Source: Octopus sinensis
Lineage: Eukaryota
Assembly (NCBI RefSeq): GCF_006345805.1
Contig: NC_042997.1
Location: 83,886,001 to 83,950,000 of the forward strand
Direction of reading: 5' to 3'
Length of the DNA stretch: 64,000 nucleotides
This document shows positions 24,112 to 37,646 of the stretch, piece after piece. The notes under the pieces were generated by a model that saw only the letters and a program-made list of their open reading frames with translations, was not told the DNA's origin and made no database searches. Numbering within the stretch: position 1 is the first letter of the stretch; each line of letters begins with the position of its first letter. A program made the position numbers and the translations under genes.

Positions 24112-25984
24112 TCATATACACTAGCGAAAATAAATTTAAGACCAATGATAAAAGTTCTATTTCTTACAAAATATTTTGTTACTAACACCATACAAATTAT
24201 TTTTATCCTTTACACCTTATGCAGAATTTATTTCTCTTTTGAATAATGCAGACAATAACTATTTTTATACATGTTGAAGAATTCTAATGGGTCCACTGCA
24301 TCGTATAGTAGGAACAGCTGTAAACAAATGGCGTTCATAAGATAATCAGTTATATCTCAACACAATGGGCTTCTTTCAGTTTCTGTCTGCCAAATCCACT
24401 TGCAATGGTTTGGTCAATCAGAGACATTGGTCAAAGCTGCCATACTGTGGTATTGAATTTGAAGCCATAAGGACAAGAAGCAAACTGGTCAACCACACAA
24501 TGACAGCTGTGCATATGTGTATGTATGTATGTTTGTATATAAAAATTAGTTTCAAATTTTTGCACAAGGCCAGCAATTTAGTGGGAGGGGATAAGTCAAT
24601 TACATATTTATTTAATTGATGCAAAAGGAATGAAAGGCAAAGTTGACCTCAGTGGAATTTGAACACAGAACATAAAGATGGATGAAATACCACTAAGCAT
24701 TTCAGCTCACCAATTTATGTTTGTATATAAACATTAACGAGGAAAATGGAATAAGCGATTCATTTTATTGCATAATTCTACAATTATTTCATTTATATTT
24801 TACCAGATTATAACTGTAATATTATTATATAATATATGAAACAATACATTGTATCTGGATTATTTTACCAATGCTGGAAAATATTAATTTGTTAGGTTTA
24901 AGCATAAAATCAATTTGTTTGTATAAACGTATGCACCTTACTCTGTATATTTGTATATGCGTGTGTGTATTTGCGCACATGTGTATTACACACACAGACA
25001 CAATTATATTCTGTATGCCTCTGAAATATATACACGTACATGCATGCACATAATACATACATGGACATATGATAATGATGATGATGATGATGTTGATGAG
25101 GATGGATTATTTATCAGTACTGTCAATGTGCATTCATTACCTACTTACTTATTTCCTACTCATTAAATTAATGTGTAAGTGACTGAGTATTTTCAGACAT
25201 GTAGAAAATATTTTCAAAGTATTTTCAGATTAAGTTAGCAGGCTTGAATGTGTGGCAAGAAATTTGCTTCCCAACCATATAGTTCTGGGTTTCGTCTTGC
25301 TGTGTGGTAACAGTCTTTAAAAAAAACAATTACTGGGGTTGATTTGTTCAACTAAATCCTTCAAAGACGCTGTCCAATGGCTTGAAACAAGTAAATGACA
25401 ACAGATGATGTGATATGTGACCAACCTTGACCATTACAGCTACAATCTGCCCAACAACTCCCCACACTGATTTGAACAACTTACACTGACCTGCTTGGGG
25501 TGATGAAAATTCACAACACAGAACACTTGTGCAAGGTGCTACACAATGGGACTGAACTCAAGATCATGTTGCTGGGAAGCAAACTGTTTAACCACTCAGT
25601 TATGCATATATCCACCACCACCCCGCCCACATCTTCATTATCATCATCATTTGATGTCTCCCTTCTATGTTGGTACGGGCTGGGCAGTTTGATAAGAGCT
25701 GATAAGCCAGAAGACTGTGCCAAGTCCTACTATCTACTTTGGCTTGCTTTCTATGGCTAGATGCTCTTTGTAATGCCAGCTACATTACAAAGTGGACTGG
25801 GTGCCTTTTATGTGGCACCAGCACTAGTGGGGTCACCAAGTAACTTGCAAGACAAGAGGTCCCCCAACTGAGAGTGGGGTGTAGTTTGAGGGAGGGGTTT
25901 TGTGTCAGGGGATGAGAGGTTTGAGTATGAATAGAGGGACAGAATTAGGTGTCTTGTAGTAGGAGATACATGGTTACATTAGTA

Positions 25985-26750
25985 GGAGAGAGAGGGGAGA
26001 TAGTAGAAGAAGAGAGAAGAGACAGAAGAAAGTGGAAAGAGAAGAGACACAGAAGAGAGATAGTGGAGAGAGAGGAGAGAAAAAGGAGAGGGAGGAGAGA
26101 GATAGAGGAAAGATACTGGAGAGAAAGATAGTGGACAGAAATAGTGGAGTGAGAGACAAAGGAAGAGAGACAGAGGAGAGAGAGAGAGACAGAGAGGAGA
26201 GAGACAGAGGAGTGAGATAGTGGAGAGAGAGAGAGAGAGAGTGGAGAAATAGAGGATAGAGGAGAGAGAGAAAGAGAGAGAGAGAAGATGAAGGAGTACA
26301 CAGAAAAAGGAAAGAGATAGAGGAAAGATACTGGAGAGAGAGATAGTGAATAGAGAAAGATAGTGGAGTGAGAGATGAAGGAAGAGACAGAGGAGAGAGA
26401 GAGAGACAGAGAGGAGAGAGACAGAGAGGAGAGAGACAGAGGAGAGAGAGAGAGAGAGAGTGGAGAAATAGAGGATAGAGGAGAGAGATAGTAGAGAGAG
26501 AAAGAGAGAGAGAGAAGATGAAGGAGTACACAGAAAAAGGAGAGAGATAGAGGAAAGATACTGGAGAGAGAGATAGTGAATAGAGAAAGATAGTGGAGTG
26601 AGAGATGAAGGAAGAGAGACAGAGGAGAGAGAGACAGAGAGGAGAGAGACAGAAGAGAGAGATAGTGGAGAGAGAGAGAGAGAGTGGAGAAATAGAGGAT
26701 AGAGGAAAGAGATGAGAGAGAGAGAGAGAGAGAAGATGAAGGAGTACACA
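25985..26750. repeat. Polypurine (GA-rich) satellite with ~230-240-bp higher-order unit, about 3 copies
   Basis: agaagatgaaggagtacaca recurs at ~26283, ~26513 and ~26731, and gatagaggaaagatactggagag occurs three times. Confidence 0.9.
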
Positions 26751-27209
26751 CTCAAGTTAGAGGGAGATGTACATAAGTGAAGTGGAACCAAGGATTGCAT
26801 AGGTAAGTAGGAAATGAATAAGTAGATGAATATCATTTACGACAGTTTAGAAATAAATCCTGTAAATATACACTCTAATGATGGGGTTAATAGCCTGGAA
26901 AATTATAACGACTCATCTCAGACATTTAGAAATAATGACTATCATTATGAGATGAATTAGCAGAACCAGTAGCAGGGCAGGGTAAATATTTGGTAGAATT
27001 TAGTCTCATTGTCTCTATGTTTCTGAGATCAAATCTCATGTGGCTTGATGTGTGTTCTTTACACACATGAGTCAATTAAATGAATTTAAATGTCGACAGA
27101 TTGATGTCAATGAGCTAAATCTTGATTCAAAATAAATGATACATCCAATGGGGATATAGCAGAGGTGTAGTGATTGTTAGTTGAAAATTGCCATTGTCTT
27201 TCGTTCCTT

Positions 27210-27530
27210 CAATGATTGATTCATTTATTGCTTCATTCACTTTTTCATTTATCCATTAATTCACTCATTTTTTCTTTCATTCATTCGTTTTTCTATTCAT
27301 TCACTCATTCATTCTTTCATTCATTCATTTATTTTCATTTAGTCATTGACCAATTCATTCATTTATTCTTTCATTCATTCCCTCATTCAGCCATTCATTC
27401 ACTCATTTGTTCTTTTGTTTTCATTCATTTATTAATTCGTTCATTTTTATTCATTCAATCATTCACTCATTTGTTTCTTCATTCATCCATTCATTCACTC
27501 ATTCATTCAGTCATTCATCCATTCACTCAC
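27210..27530. repeat. Degenerate (TTCA)n microsatellite
   Basis: Directly visible. Confidence 0.9.
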
Positions 27531-28041
27531 ACACACACATACAGATATATAGGGAGTTGGCTGAGTCGTTACAAGTAGCCAATAAAATGCCTTATAATGT
27601 TCGATCCAGCTCCCTACACTCAAAGTTCAAATGCTTTTCAAGTCAACTTTGCCTTCCTAACTATTCAGAGTCAATAAATAAAGTACCACTCCCAGTATTG
27701 GGTGGTCGATTCTTCTCATTTTCTCTCTCTTTTTCTTTCTGTGTACCGGTTTAGAGAAGGATGAGCTTTTCCAGATTTTAAAAAATGCCCAAGATATACT
27801 ATGCATCAAGCCTGCAGTCCTATGACAGCATTCAAAGTTGGTGGGAGGGGGTAAAAGCATACATGTACATATTTATGCATGCATACATACTCACTTACAC
27901 TCCTCTACATTCTGAAGTAAAATCTAATTTGAGTTGGCTTTGTCTTTCATCATTCTGGGCCAATAAATGAACTGTTGTTGATTATAGCAGACTATGCCAC
28001 TCTCCTGACATTTATGGGCTTGAGCTATTATCAGAAATCAA

Positions 28042-28074
<33 letters not shown>

Positions 28075-28091
28075 CGTTATTATTATCACTA

Positions 28092-29190
28092 AGGTGGCAA
28101 GCTGGCAGAATCGTTGGCACGCTGGGCAAAATGCTTAGTGGCTTTCCATTCTTCTTTATGTTCTGAGTTTAAATTCTGCCGAGGTTGACTTTGTCTTTTA
28201 TCTTTATGGGATCGATGAAATAAACACCAGTTGAGCACTGGGGTTGATGTAACTAACTTACTCCACCCCCAAACTTGTTGGCCTCATGCCAAAATTTGAA
28301 ATCAATATTATTATCATTATTACTAGGGCAGTGAGCTGGTTGTTAGCATGTTGAACAAAATGCTCCATGGTATTTACATTCTGAGTTCAAATTCCACCGA
28401 GGTCAACTTTGCCTTTCATCCTTTTAGGATCAATAAAATAAGTACCAGTTGAGCACTGGGGTTGATGTAATCAACTTACCCCTTCCTTTGAAATTGCTGA
28501 ACTTGTGCCAAAATTTGAAACCAATAATTTTAGTACTAGGAAGGGCAATAACTCAGCAGAATTGGTAGAATAAACTATGGTCAAATTCCACAAATGGGGA
28601 GGGTATCAACTTGGTTGATAAAATAAGTCAGTCAAATTAATTTAATTGATTACTTCCTTCACCAAAAATGAGTGACCTTTAATCAAAATTTAAAAAATTA
28701 TCATCCCTAATTAATTTATTATTATCATTATTACTATTATTCTTATTATTATCAAGGTGGCGACCTGGCAGAATTGTTAGCAAGCTGAAATGCTTAGCAG
28801 TATTTTGCCTGTCTTTACATTCTGAGTTCAACTTCTTCTGAGGTTAAGTTTGCCTTTCATCCTTTTGGGTCAATTAGATAAGTACCATTTAGGCAGTGAA
28901 GTTGATGTAATCGACTTAACCCCTCCTGCAAATTTCAGGCCTTGTGCCTGTAGTAGAAAGTATTATCATTATTATTATTATTATTATTATTATTCAACTG
29001 AAGATGGCAAGCTAAGAGAATCATTAGCACACTGGGTGAAATGCTTAGCGGCATTTCAAACATCTTTACATTCTGAATTCAAATTCCACCAAGGTTGACT
29101 TAATTGCTGCCCTTGTGGCAAAATTTGAAACTATTATCCCTCTCCAAAACTTCAAACTTTGTGCCTATAGTAGAAAGGATTATTATTATC
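28092..29190 (+). mobile_element. Head-to-tail cluster of 4-5 family-B SINE copies separated by (ATT)n
   Basis: Repeated ttctgagttcaaatt...gaggt..acttt and gtgccaaaatttgaaa blocks, with copies starting at ~28092, 28327, 28755 and 29003. Confidence 0.85.
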
Positions 29191-30199
29191 ATCATCTTTC
29201 ATTTATGTAAATAACATTTTGAAACTCTCCCCATTTCCTGTCTGTATTTTCTACTTATGTATGCTCTTTCTAGCTTACCTGATCGATTTATCTGTTATTT
29301 CTGTCTTATCAATCTATCTATCAGTTTATCTTTTCTATCAATCTGTCTTTCCTGTTTCACTGTCTACCTGTCTGTCAGTCAATGTATGTATGTTTGTATG
29401 TTGTATGTGTAAATATATATATGTAAAGAGAGGTAAAGAGAGGTAAAGAGAGAGAAAGAGAGAGAGAGGGTGACAAATAAACTGCATGTAGGCAGACAGA
29501 TATACACACAGAGTCACACATAGACACACACACACACACACACAGAGTAGAATGTGAATGCCCAATTTGGAAAGTAACTATAAATGGTCCAGAATGAACA
29601 ACAAACAAAAAAATTTATGATGTTTCATGTAAGAAATGAATTTGCTTGCCAATACTTTCATAACAGTCCAGTGCCTAATGCACTGTGCTAAGCACTCATT
29701 ATTAAAAATATATTTTGTAATTTAATCATGCAAATAACATATATGTAATTAATTAAATTGACTAACACTGGAATAAGATGTGAAACCAACTCATTTTGTC
29801 TGAAACTGACACTATTATCACTTATTCTTGAATTTCTTTAATAATTTGAAAAATGAGTAGAAGCGGGAAGTAAATCACTTAAGGAAATAAATTCTTCTGA
29901 TAATGTATGGAAACTGGAATACTTAGAGAAGACTGAAACATCCAGATATTGAAACTGTAAGGCATTCAGTGATAAATTATATAAAAACAGATACAACAGA
30001 TAGTGGGTATGCAGGTATTTTGAAAATACTTCGTGGAGTGATGACTATGCCCTGCATAATTACAGGCTGCCCTTTGGCAAGGCATAGCACCCATTCAGCC
30101 ACCCTGCCAGGGACTGACGATTTGAAGATTTTGAAATGAACTTGAACTTCTTACTTTATGGAAATGATATACAAAGAAGTATTCATATTAATTAGAATT

Positions 30200-30320
30200 A
30201 CTTGTTAAGGTTATCTCTGCAGATTTCCTATAAAAATTATAACCAGCACTGATTTGTTACAACAAATCAGTGTACTGCTATAATTTCTGTAGAAAATCTG
30301 TTGAGATAACTTTAACAAGT
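30200..30320. repeat. Imperfect 120-bp palindrome
   Basis: acttgttaaggttatctc...cactgatttgtt-ac-aacaaatcagtg...gagataactttaacaagt. Confidence 0.85.
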
Positions 30321-30399
30321 GATTTAATAGCACTGCTAACACAGTAGAACAGTTAGTCATTTATAAAGCATTTAATATACTTTATAGTATATTATGGTT

Positions 30400-31420
30400 G
30401 CATAATGAAATACTGTGTTCCTACAAGTCATCAATATTAATTGGAATGTACAGTATATTCTCTTCCAATGACATTGTCAACATTTGTGTCAGGTTGACTT
30501 TCAACAGAGGTACCCTGCTTTCATCATCTTCATTGCTTGTTCTATGTATAGCCAGAGAACAGAACCTGATAATACAGCAACTTTTTTGCACATTTTGCAA
30601 AGAGACCCTATCAGCATAGGTTGGAAAAGGCTATGAGTAATGTGTCTTTCAAATTTTTACTTGCTGTACAGAAGTTACTTGAGTGAAGTAAACTCATTAA
30701 CCATTTTCCAAGTGGACAAGTAAGTGCTGAATGCTGGGGTACCTTCATGAATGGGAAGATGAAAAATTGGTAGAAAACTTCATCGCTCTTGAAGCATCAC
30801 CTTGTGTAAATTCATTACAGTTGTTTTGCTTCATTAGTGAAAACACTCCAGCACCAGAATCTTCGATGACATATTTGTTGAACTTACAACTGATGCATGC
30901 ATTAAATGTCTTGGTTAGGAGTAAGTAGCAAGGAACTATCTATCTGCTGTTGATTTCTTACTGTCCAACCAAAATACAAAAGCCTGCACCATTTGATGTT
31001 CTTCTGTAAGAGGGCTACCCATCCTCACCTATCTGGAATCTTGGATATATTTGTTGTCTTGTATGCTAAGTGAGGTCACCTCAGGAACCATTAGCTATGT
31101 GTGTTTTAACAATAATGATGAGCCCTTTCTTCTTTCAAAAGTCTGAAATCTCTGCAGATATGATGGAGCAAATCTTACATGTTAACTAGATCAAAATCTG
31201 TACATGTGGCAACCCCATTTTTTCCTCTGGTATTAGTGATAAGGGAAAGATCATTTAGATGAAATTGTGGCATAAAGGAGAACATTTGATCCTGAGTATA
31301 ATTTGAATGTGCATCCACAAAATTTAACTTTCTGACTAAATTAAATTCATTTGTTATATTAATTTCCAGCTGACATACATACATAATCAGCAGCAGCAGA
31401 CTAACATTAATCACACCTGG
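30400..31420 (-). pseudogene. Possible very degraded hAT transposase
   Basis: Minus-strand scraps RGKNGVAT and RVPLLKVNLTQMLTMSLEE lie in the order expected for the hAT core and C-terminal dimerisation region. Many stops; weak evidence. Confidence 0.3.
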
Positions 31421-31440
31421 TAAACAGCATATATATATAT

Positions 31441-31768
31441 AAAAGACCCCCTTCGGTCATGAATGACCATGGGATTGCACCTAGAAAGTTACCCTCCTAG
31501 ACACAAGTCCGGGCAAGGTTGTTTTATGGAAGACCAGCAGTCGCCCATGCATACCAGCCTCCCCTCTCCACGCCACCAGTGTTATCCAAGGGAAAGACAA
31601 AGGTCGATACAGCTTGACACCAGTGACGTTGCAATTCATTTCTACAGCTGAGTGAACTGGAGCAACGTGAAATAAAGTGCTTTGCTCAAGAACACAACAC
31701 GCAGCCCGGTCCGGGATTCGAGCTCACAACCTCACGATCGTAAGCTCGACGCTCTAACCACTGAGCCA
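31441..31768 (-). mobile_element. Family-C-related tRNA-derived SINE, well preserved
   Basis: Minus-strand head tggctcagtggttagagcg...gagctcgaatcccggaccggg (A and B boxes), then gtgttcttgagcaaagcactttatttcacgttgctccagttcactcagctg. CpGs are retained. Confidence 0.85.
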
Positions 31769-31769
31769 T

Positions 31770-33590
31770 ATCATCATCATCATCATCATCGTTTAACGTC
31801 CGTTTTCCGCGCTAGCACGGGTTGGACGGTTCGACCGGGGTCTGGGAAGCCAGGGGCTGCCCCAGGTGCCAGTCTGATCTGGCAGTGTTTCTACAGCTGG
31901 ATGCCCTTCCTAACGCCAACCACTCTGCGAGTGTAGTGGGTGCTTTTTACGTGCCACCTGCAAAGGTGCCAGAGGGGTCTGGCATCGGCCACGTTTGGAT
32001 GGTGCTTTTTATGTACCACCGGCACAGAAGCCATTCGAGGCAGGGTTGGCATCGGTCACGTTCGGATGGGGCTTTTTATGTGCCACCGGCACAGAAGCCA
32101 GTGGAGGCTGCACTAGCAACGGCCACATTCGGATGGTGCTTTTTATGTGTCACCAGCACAGGTATCACAACTACTGTTTCCATTGATATTTGGTTCGATG
32201 TTCATGTACATGCACTTGACTCAACATTGTCAAATGGGAGAGGCAGGGACAGAAACATAAGCAGAAAGATACTTGCCCATGGATATATAAAAACATTATA
32301 TAAATATATATGACAGACTTCCACACAGTATCCATCTACCAAAGTCAGTCACAAGGCATTGGTTGGCCTGGGGCCATAATAGAAGACACTTGCTCAAGCT
32401 GTCGTTTAGAGAGACTGAACCCAGAACTACATGGTTGCAAAGCAAGCTTCTTAACCACATGTCCATGCCTGCACCTATCACCACACAGCCTAGTGAATAT
32501 GACCATGGCTTGGCGGAATCATTAAAGCATCAGACAAAATACAGCGAGATGTTCCGGGATCCCACGATCGGTTGGTGCTTTTTATGTGCCACCGGCACAG
32601 AAGCCAGTCGAGGCGGTTCTGGCGTCGGCCACGTTCGGATGGTGCTTTTTATGTGCCACTGGCACAGAAGCCAGTCGGGGCGGTGCTGGCATTGACCACA
32701 TTTGGATGGTGCTTTTAATGTGCCACCGGCACAGAAGCCATTCGAGGCGGAGTTGGCATCGGTCACGTTCGGATGGTGCTTTTTATGTGCCACCAGCACA
32801 GAAGCCAGTGGAGGCTGCACTGGCAACGGCCACATTCGGATGGTGCTTTTTATGTGTCACCAGCACAGGTATCACAACTACTGTTTCCATTGATATTTGG
32901 TTCGATGTTCATGTACATGTACATGCACTTGACTCAACAGGTCTCCTCAAGTACAGTGAGATGTTCCGAGATCCTACGATCGGTTGGTGCTTTTTATGTG
33001 CCACCGGCACAGAAGCCAGTCGAGGCGGTGCTGGCGTCGGCCACGCTCGGATGGTGCTTTTTATGTGTCACCAGCACAGGTATCACAACTACTGTTTCCA
33101 TTGATATTTGGTTCGATGTTCATGTACATGTACATGCACTTGACTCAACAGGTCTCCTCAAGTACAGTGAGATGTTCCGAGATCCTACGATCGGTTGGTG
33201 CTTTTTATGTGCCACCGGCACAGAAGCCAGTCGAGGCGGTGCTGGCATCGGTCACGTTCGGATGGTGCTTTTTATGTGCCACCGGCACAGAAGCCAGTCG
33301 GGGCGGTGCAGGCATCGGTCCACGTTTGAATGGTGCTTTTTGTGTCCCACCGGCACAGGTATCACATCTACTGTTTCCATTGATATTTGGTTCGATGTTC
33401 ATGTATATGCACTTGACTCGACAGGTCTCCTCAAGCACAGCGAGATGTTCCGGGATCCAAGGTACTTTGGATGGGCAGGGGGTATGCGGAACTGGTGCCG
33501 GAAGCATCCCGGGTCTTAGTAGTCACAGCACATCTCCAGAGATCTCGGTCCTTCGCCATTGCCTCAGTGAGGCCCAACTCTCTGAGGTCA
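31770..33590 (-). mobile_element. RTE LINE 3' fragment with greatly expanded 3' UTR array
   Basis: (CAT)n tail at 31770. The ORF end DLRELGLTEAMAKDRDLWRCAVTTKTR is on the minus strand at ~33505-33590. Many ~60-bp units (ggatggtgctttttatgtgccaccggcacagaagcca) and a larger block repeated at ~32154, 32861, 33072 and 33352. Confidence 0.88.
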
Positions 33591-33631
<41 letters not shown>

Positions 33632-34629
33632 GTATATGTCATCATCATCATCATCGTTTAACGTCCGTTTTCCAAGCTAGCATTGGTTAGACGGTTCGAC
33701 AGGTGTCTGGAAAGGCTCCAGTCTGATCTGGCAGTGTTTCTACAGCTGCATGCCCTTCCTAATGCCAACCACTCCGTGAGTGTAGTGGATGCTTTAAGTA
33801 TATTTGTAGAGAGAGTGAGAAGGAGGGAGAGATGGAGGGAGGAAAGACTAAAACTCATAGTAACAAACCTTTTAATGAGGAGACAAAAGAGGCAGGTATA
33901 ACAGTAAAACACAAGGATGCAATGCTGTGGTGTAAACGAAGAATCAAGCAATTGCTACATATAAGAGTGGGAGGAGAAGAGAACATACAAGCTTTCTCCA
34001 ATATATATGTGTATGCGAGTAAGTGAGCATGAGTGTGTTTGTGAGTGAGTTAGTGTGTGTGTGTGTGTGTGTAGACGTATCCTTATAAGCCTGTCTATGT
34101 ATTCAGTCATTCCAGTAATGTATCCCCAGTGCTGTATCAAGACTGGTGATGTTTTGTATTATGTCAAGTTTACAGAGTCAAAAAGACATCAAGTGACAAA
34201 CACTGCAAGGCTTGTAGCTAGAGAAATGTATTGATAATGTGTTTGTATGTGTGTGTGTATATATATATATATATTCACAGGCTTGTGTGTGCATGCTTAT
34301 ATTAATGTGTGTGTGGGTGTGTATGGCAGGATAAAACTTTGCACAGGGGTCTGAGGTTAGGGGAGAATCTCATTTGTAGGTAACACAAGTCACCCATGAA
34401 AACAGCAGTAGTAGCAACAAGAAGACTAAGATTTCTTCCACTTTCTCTTTTCTCTCTTTCTTTCTTTCTCATTCATTTCTATCTCTCCTGGTGAGAATTA
34501 ACAGCATGAGCTTAGTATACTATATATCTTTGGCATCTGCTAAGAAAAAATGAAAACAAGAAAAACACAAAGACAAGAACAAGACTACTGTTTTATGAGT
34601 GTGGCACAGGCGGAAACAGGAGTTGTTGT

Positions 34630-34845
34630 TGTTGTTGTAGTAATTTAGCCCAAGGTCAGCCCTAATCAAGCAGGTCTATGACTAAAGCTGTTCCTGCCAT
34701 GACCATCCCATTATTTTCTTGTGTATAGGGAAACAAGGACCATATTATGCATCAACTATGTATTGCCAAGATGGTAGGGTAAGACTTCCAGGAGAATTGG
34801 CTGCTATTTCTAGAAAGCTGAGTGACTAGATACAGGCAGCTCCTG
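34630..34845 (-). mobile_element. Old retroposon (family D) with (CAA)n tail; further relics at ~3830-3945, 14200-14375, 18000-18125, 40130-40290, 45080-45380 and 53860-54260
   Basis: Recurrent blocks ggctgctatttcta, gccctaatcaagc...ctatga and atgaccatcc next to (gtt)n. Confidence 0.6.
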
Positions 34846-35005
34846 CACTGCTTTATGGAAAGATTGGCAATGGAGGTCAGTGCCATTCAGATATAAAATA
34901 TTAGAAACAAGTAAATAAATGGAAAGTAAAATATCAAAAATAATTGCTTCTAATTTAGACACAAGGCAAACCATTTTGGAGGGGAGTGGGGCTTAGTGAC
35001 TAGAT

Positions 35006-35271
35006 CAGTGGTTCTCAACCATTTTTTGCCTATGAACCCTTTTGATTCTTTTTTGCTTGGAGGTACCTCTATAGGCATTTGATGTATATAAAAAACATCA
35101 TCCTGCTGTATTTTTATAATTAAATATTGATAGGAATTGTATAAAAAAAATTAAAATATTTTGTGTATTCTAGAGGTATGGGCAATCTATTGTGCATAAA
35201 TTTTAACAACAAAATCTTAACTGGACTTCCAACGGCCATATGGCCATATGGACCCTGGTTGAGAATCACTC
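35006..35271. mobile_element. hAT Charlie-like MITE
   Basis: TIRs cagtggttctcaacc / ggttgagaatcactc. No 8-bp TSD is visible. Confidence 0.75.
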
Positions 35272-35739
35272 AGAATGCAAAGAGTCGGAACAATTACCTC
35301 AAGGTATTTCGTCTGATGCTTTAATGATTCCGCCAACCCATGGTCATATTCACTAGGCTGTGTGGTGATTGGTGCAGGCATGGACATGTGATTAAGAAGC
35401 TTGCTTTGCAACCATGTAGTTCTGGGTTCAGTCTCACTAAACGACAGCTTGAGCAAGTGTCTTCTATTATGGCCCCAGGCCAACCAATGCCTTGTGACTG
35501 ACTTTGGTAGATGGATACTGTGTGGAAGTCAGTCATATATATTTATATAATGTTTTTATATATCCATGGGCAAGTGTCTTTCTGCTTATGTTTCTGTCCC
35601 TGCCCCTCCCATTTGACAATAAGAGTATTGTTTTTCTTTTCTTGGAACCACTGGCATTAGTGAGGTTACCAAGTAACCTGCAGAATCAGCACAACACAGT
35701 GGTACTCTTTTTTTCTTTTACTGAGCATGGAGTTTACCC

Positions 35740-36010
35740 ATGGACTTCATAAGTCCTCTGAGAGTGTTGTGATTGATTAAAAATTGCAAGTCAACAGCTG
35801 TGGAAAACACATTAGGTAGGGAGTTCCAAAGGGTTAGAAAGAAGAATTGGATGTCGTAGCTAATGCAGGCTTTGAGGGGAACTGGACACAACAAGGGTGA
35901 TGAGAGGGGGAGATGCCTGGGTAGAAGTGGCAAGGACAAGGAGTAGAGGCCATTATAGTAGTAGTGAAAAAAGGCTGACAAGAGACAGTGTTTCTTTGAG
36001 TCAGAGGCTG
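35740..36010 (-). mobile_element. CR1/L2-type LINE 3' relic
   Basis: Minus-strand SAFFHYYYNG...FFFLTLWNSLPNVFSTAVDLQF; WNSLP is the usual CR1/L2/Jockey C-terminal motif. Confidence 0.6.
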
Positions 36011-36198
36011 AGGATGTGACTGTGACGTGGTTGTACTTTTAAGAAGCTGCTACACAGTTTCTGTCAATCCAATCTCAATCAAAGGGCTTGAGTCAACCTA
36101 AGGCTGTGGTACATGATACTTAACCAAAATACCATGCAACGAAATTGAACCGGAGATCTTGTGATTGTGAAACAAAACTGCTTAGCTATTTGGCCATG

Positions 36199-36248
<50 letters not shown>

Positions 36249-36592
36249 GATAGATGAAAATTTCAATGTAACCACTAGACTTATTCATTCTAGCAATTCA
36301 GTTGATCTACCACTGAAAGTCACACTAAATGTTTTAAGTTTCTTAATCTTAGAGGCATATCTCATAAAAAACATGGAGAGAACAAAGATAAAATACATCA
36401 ACCATATGTTTCTTTTTGTCAGCAACCTCAGAGTCACAAACTGCATAATCTTGGTTTACTAGGAAGATCCAGAAACAACAACTATGTGTAATGAGGCCTC
36501 TACTCAGCAATACATAGTGGTCACTCAACCAGTGCTTATTTGCAGGCAAGCCTACCTGAAATTACACCTACCATCTTAAAACATAATAAGTA

Positions 36593-36757
36593 GGCGTAGG
36601 AGTGGCTGTGTGGTAAGTAGCTTGCTTACGAACCACATAGTTCCGGATTCAGTCCCACTGCATGGCACCTTGGGCAAGTGTCTTCTACTATAGCCTTGGG
36701 CAGACCAAAGCCTTGTGAGTGGATTTGGTAAACGGAAACTGAAAGAAGCCCATTGTA

Positions 36758-36804
<47 letters not shown>

Positions 36805-36972
36805 ATGTTTGTGTGTTTGTCCCCCCAACATCACTTGACATCCGATGCTGGTGTATTTACATCCCTGTAACTTAGCGGTTCAGCTAAGAATAAGTCCTGG
36901 AGTCGATTTGTTCAACTAAAGGCGGTGCTCCAGCATGGCCACAGTCAAATCACTGAAGCAAGTAAAAGAGTA
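36593..36972 (+). mobile_element. Family-A SINE, near full length
   Basis: Same head, internal microsatellite and tail as 15141, with a short deletion in the tail. Confidence 0.9.
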
Positions 36973-37614
36973 ACGAAAAATGCAGAAGGGAAATAAAAAA
37001 TAAAAAAAAAAGATAATCAGCTTGGAATGAGCACATCATAGCAGCTGTAGCAGAACTTGAGCATAAGTATTTACAAATATTTGAAAACAGAAATGCATGA
37101 CTGTGGTAGTTGCTTACCTCCTCTCCCTTTACCTATTCCCCCATCCCTGCAAATAAACACTGTTTCTATTGTCTGCACTCACTTCTACTCACTACTCATC
37201 TCATATCTTGAAGGTGCACTCAGACACTTCATCTTCACTATTTTATTTCTTTCCAGTTCCACCTAATCATTATCACTCACTCTCTTTTAAATGTAAATAG
37301 TCACATAGCTCTTTGACAACAAGAAACCTGTTGTGCCCCTCTTCTCTCATACTTTAACCCCCTCATTTCCTAACATAAATCTCTCCACCCAGTGTTTGTA
37401 GTCATGCAAACTGCACAGTAACACTTCTAGTACTGGTGGCATAAAAAGAAAAAAAAAATTTCACCCAGTACATACTTAATGTAGTTGGTATTAGGAAGGG
37501 CATCCCCCTGTAGAAACCATGTCAAAACAGACACTGGACATGTGTGCAATCCCTGGATTCCTTAGATCCTGTTAAACTGTCCAACCGATGCTACTATGGA
37601 ACATGAACATAGGT

Positions 37615-37646
<32 letters not shown>

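Noticed and set aside
25945-26836. Leu/Ser-rich ORFs of 185-285 aa
   Set aside because: Translation of the pyrimidine strand of the GA satellite.
31940-33370. CRISPR-like appearance of a regularly spaced conserved ~35-bp repeat
   Set aside because: The intervening segments are homologous to one another, the array lies inside an RTE 3' UTR, the DNA is eukaryotic and there are no cas genes.
32586-33661. Long ORFs of 172-248 aa
   Set aside because: Open in several frames across a tandem array; the peptides are repetitive with no recognisable domain.
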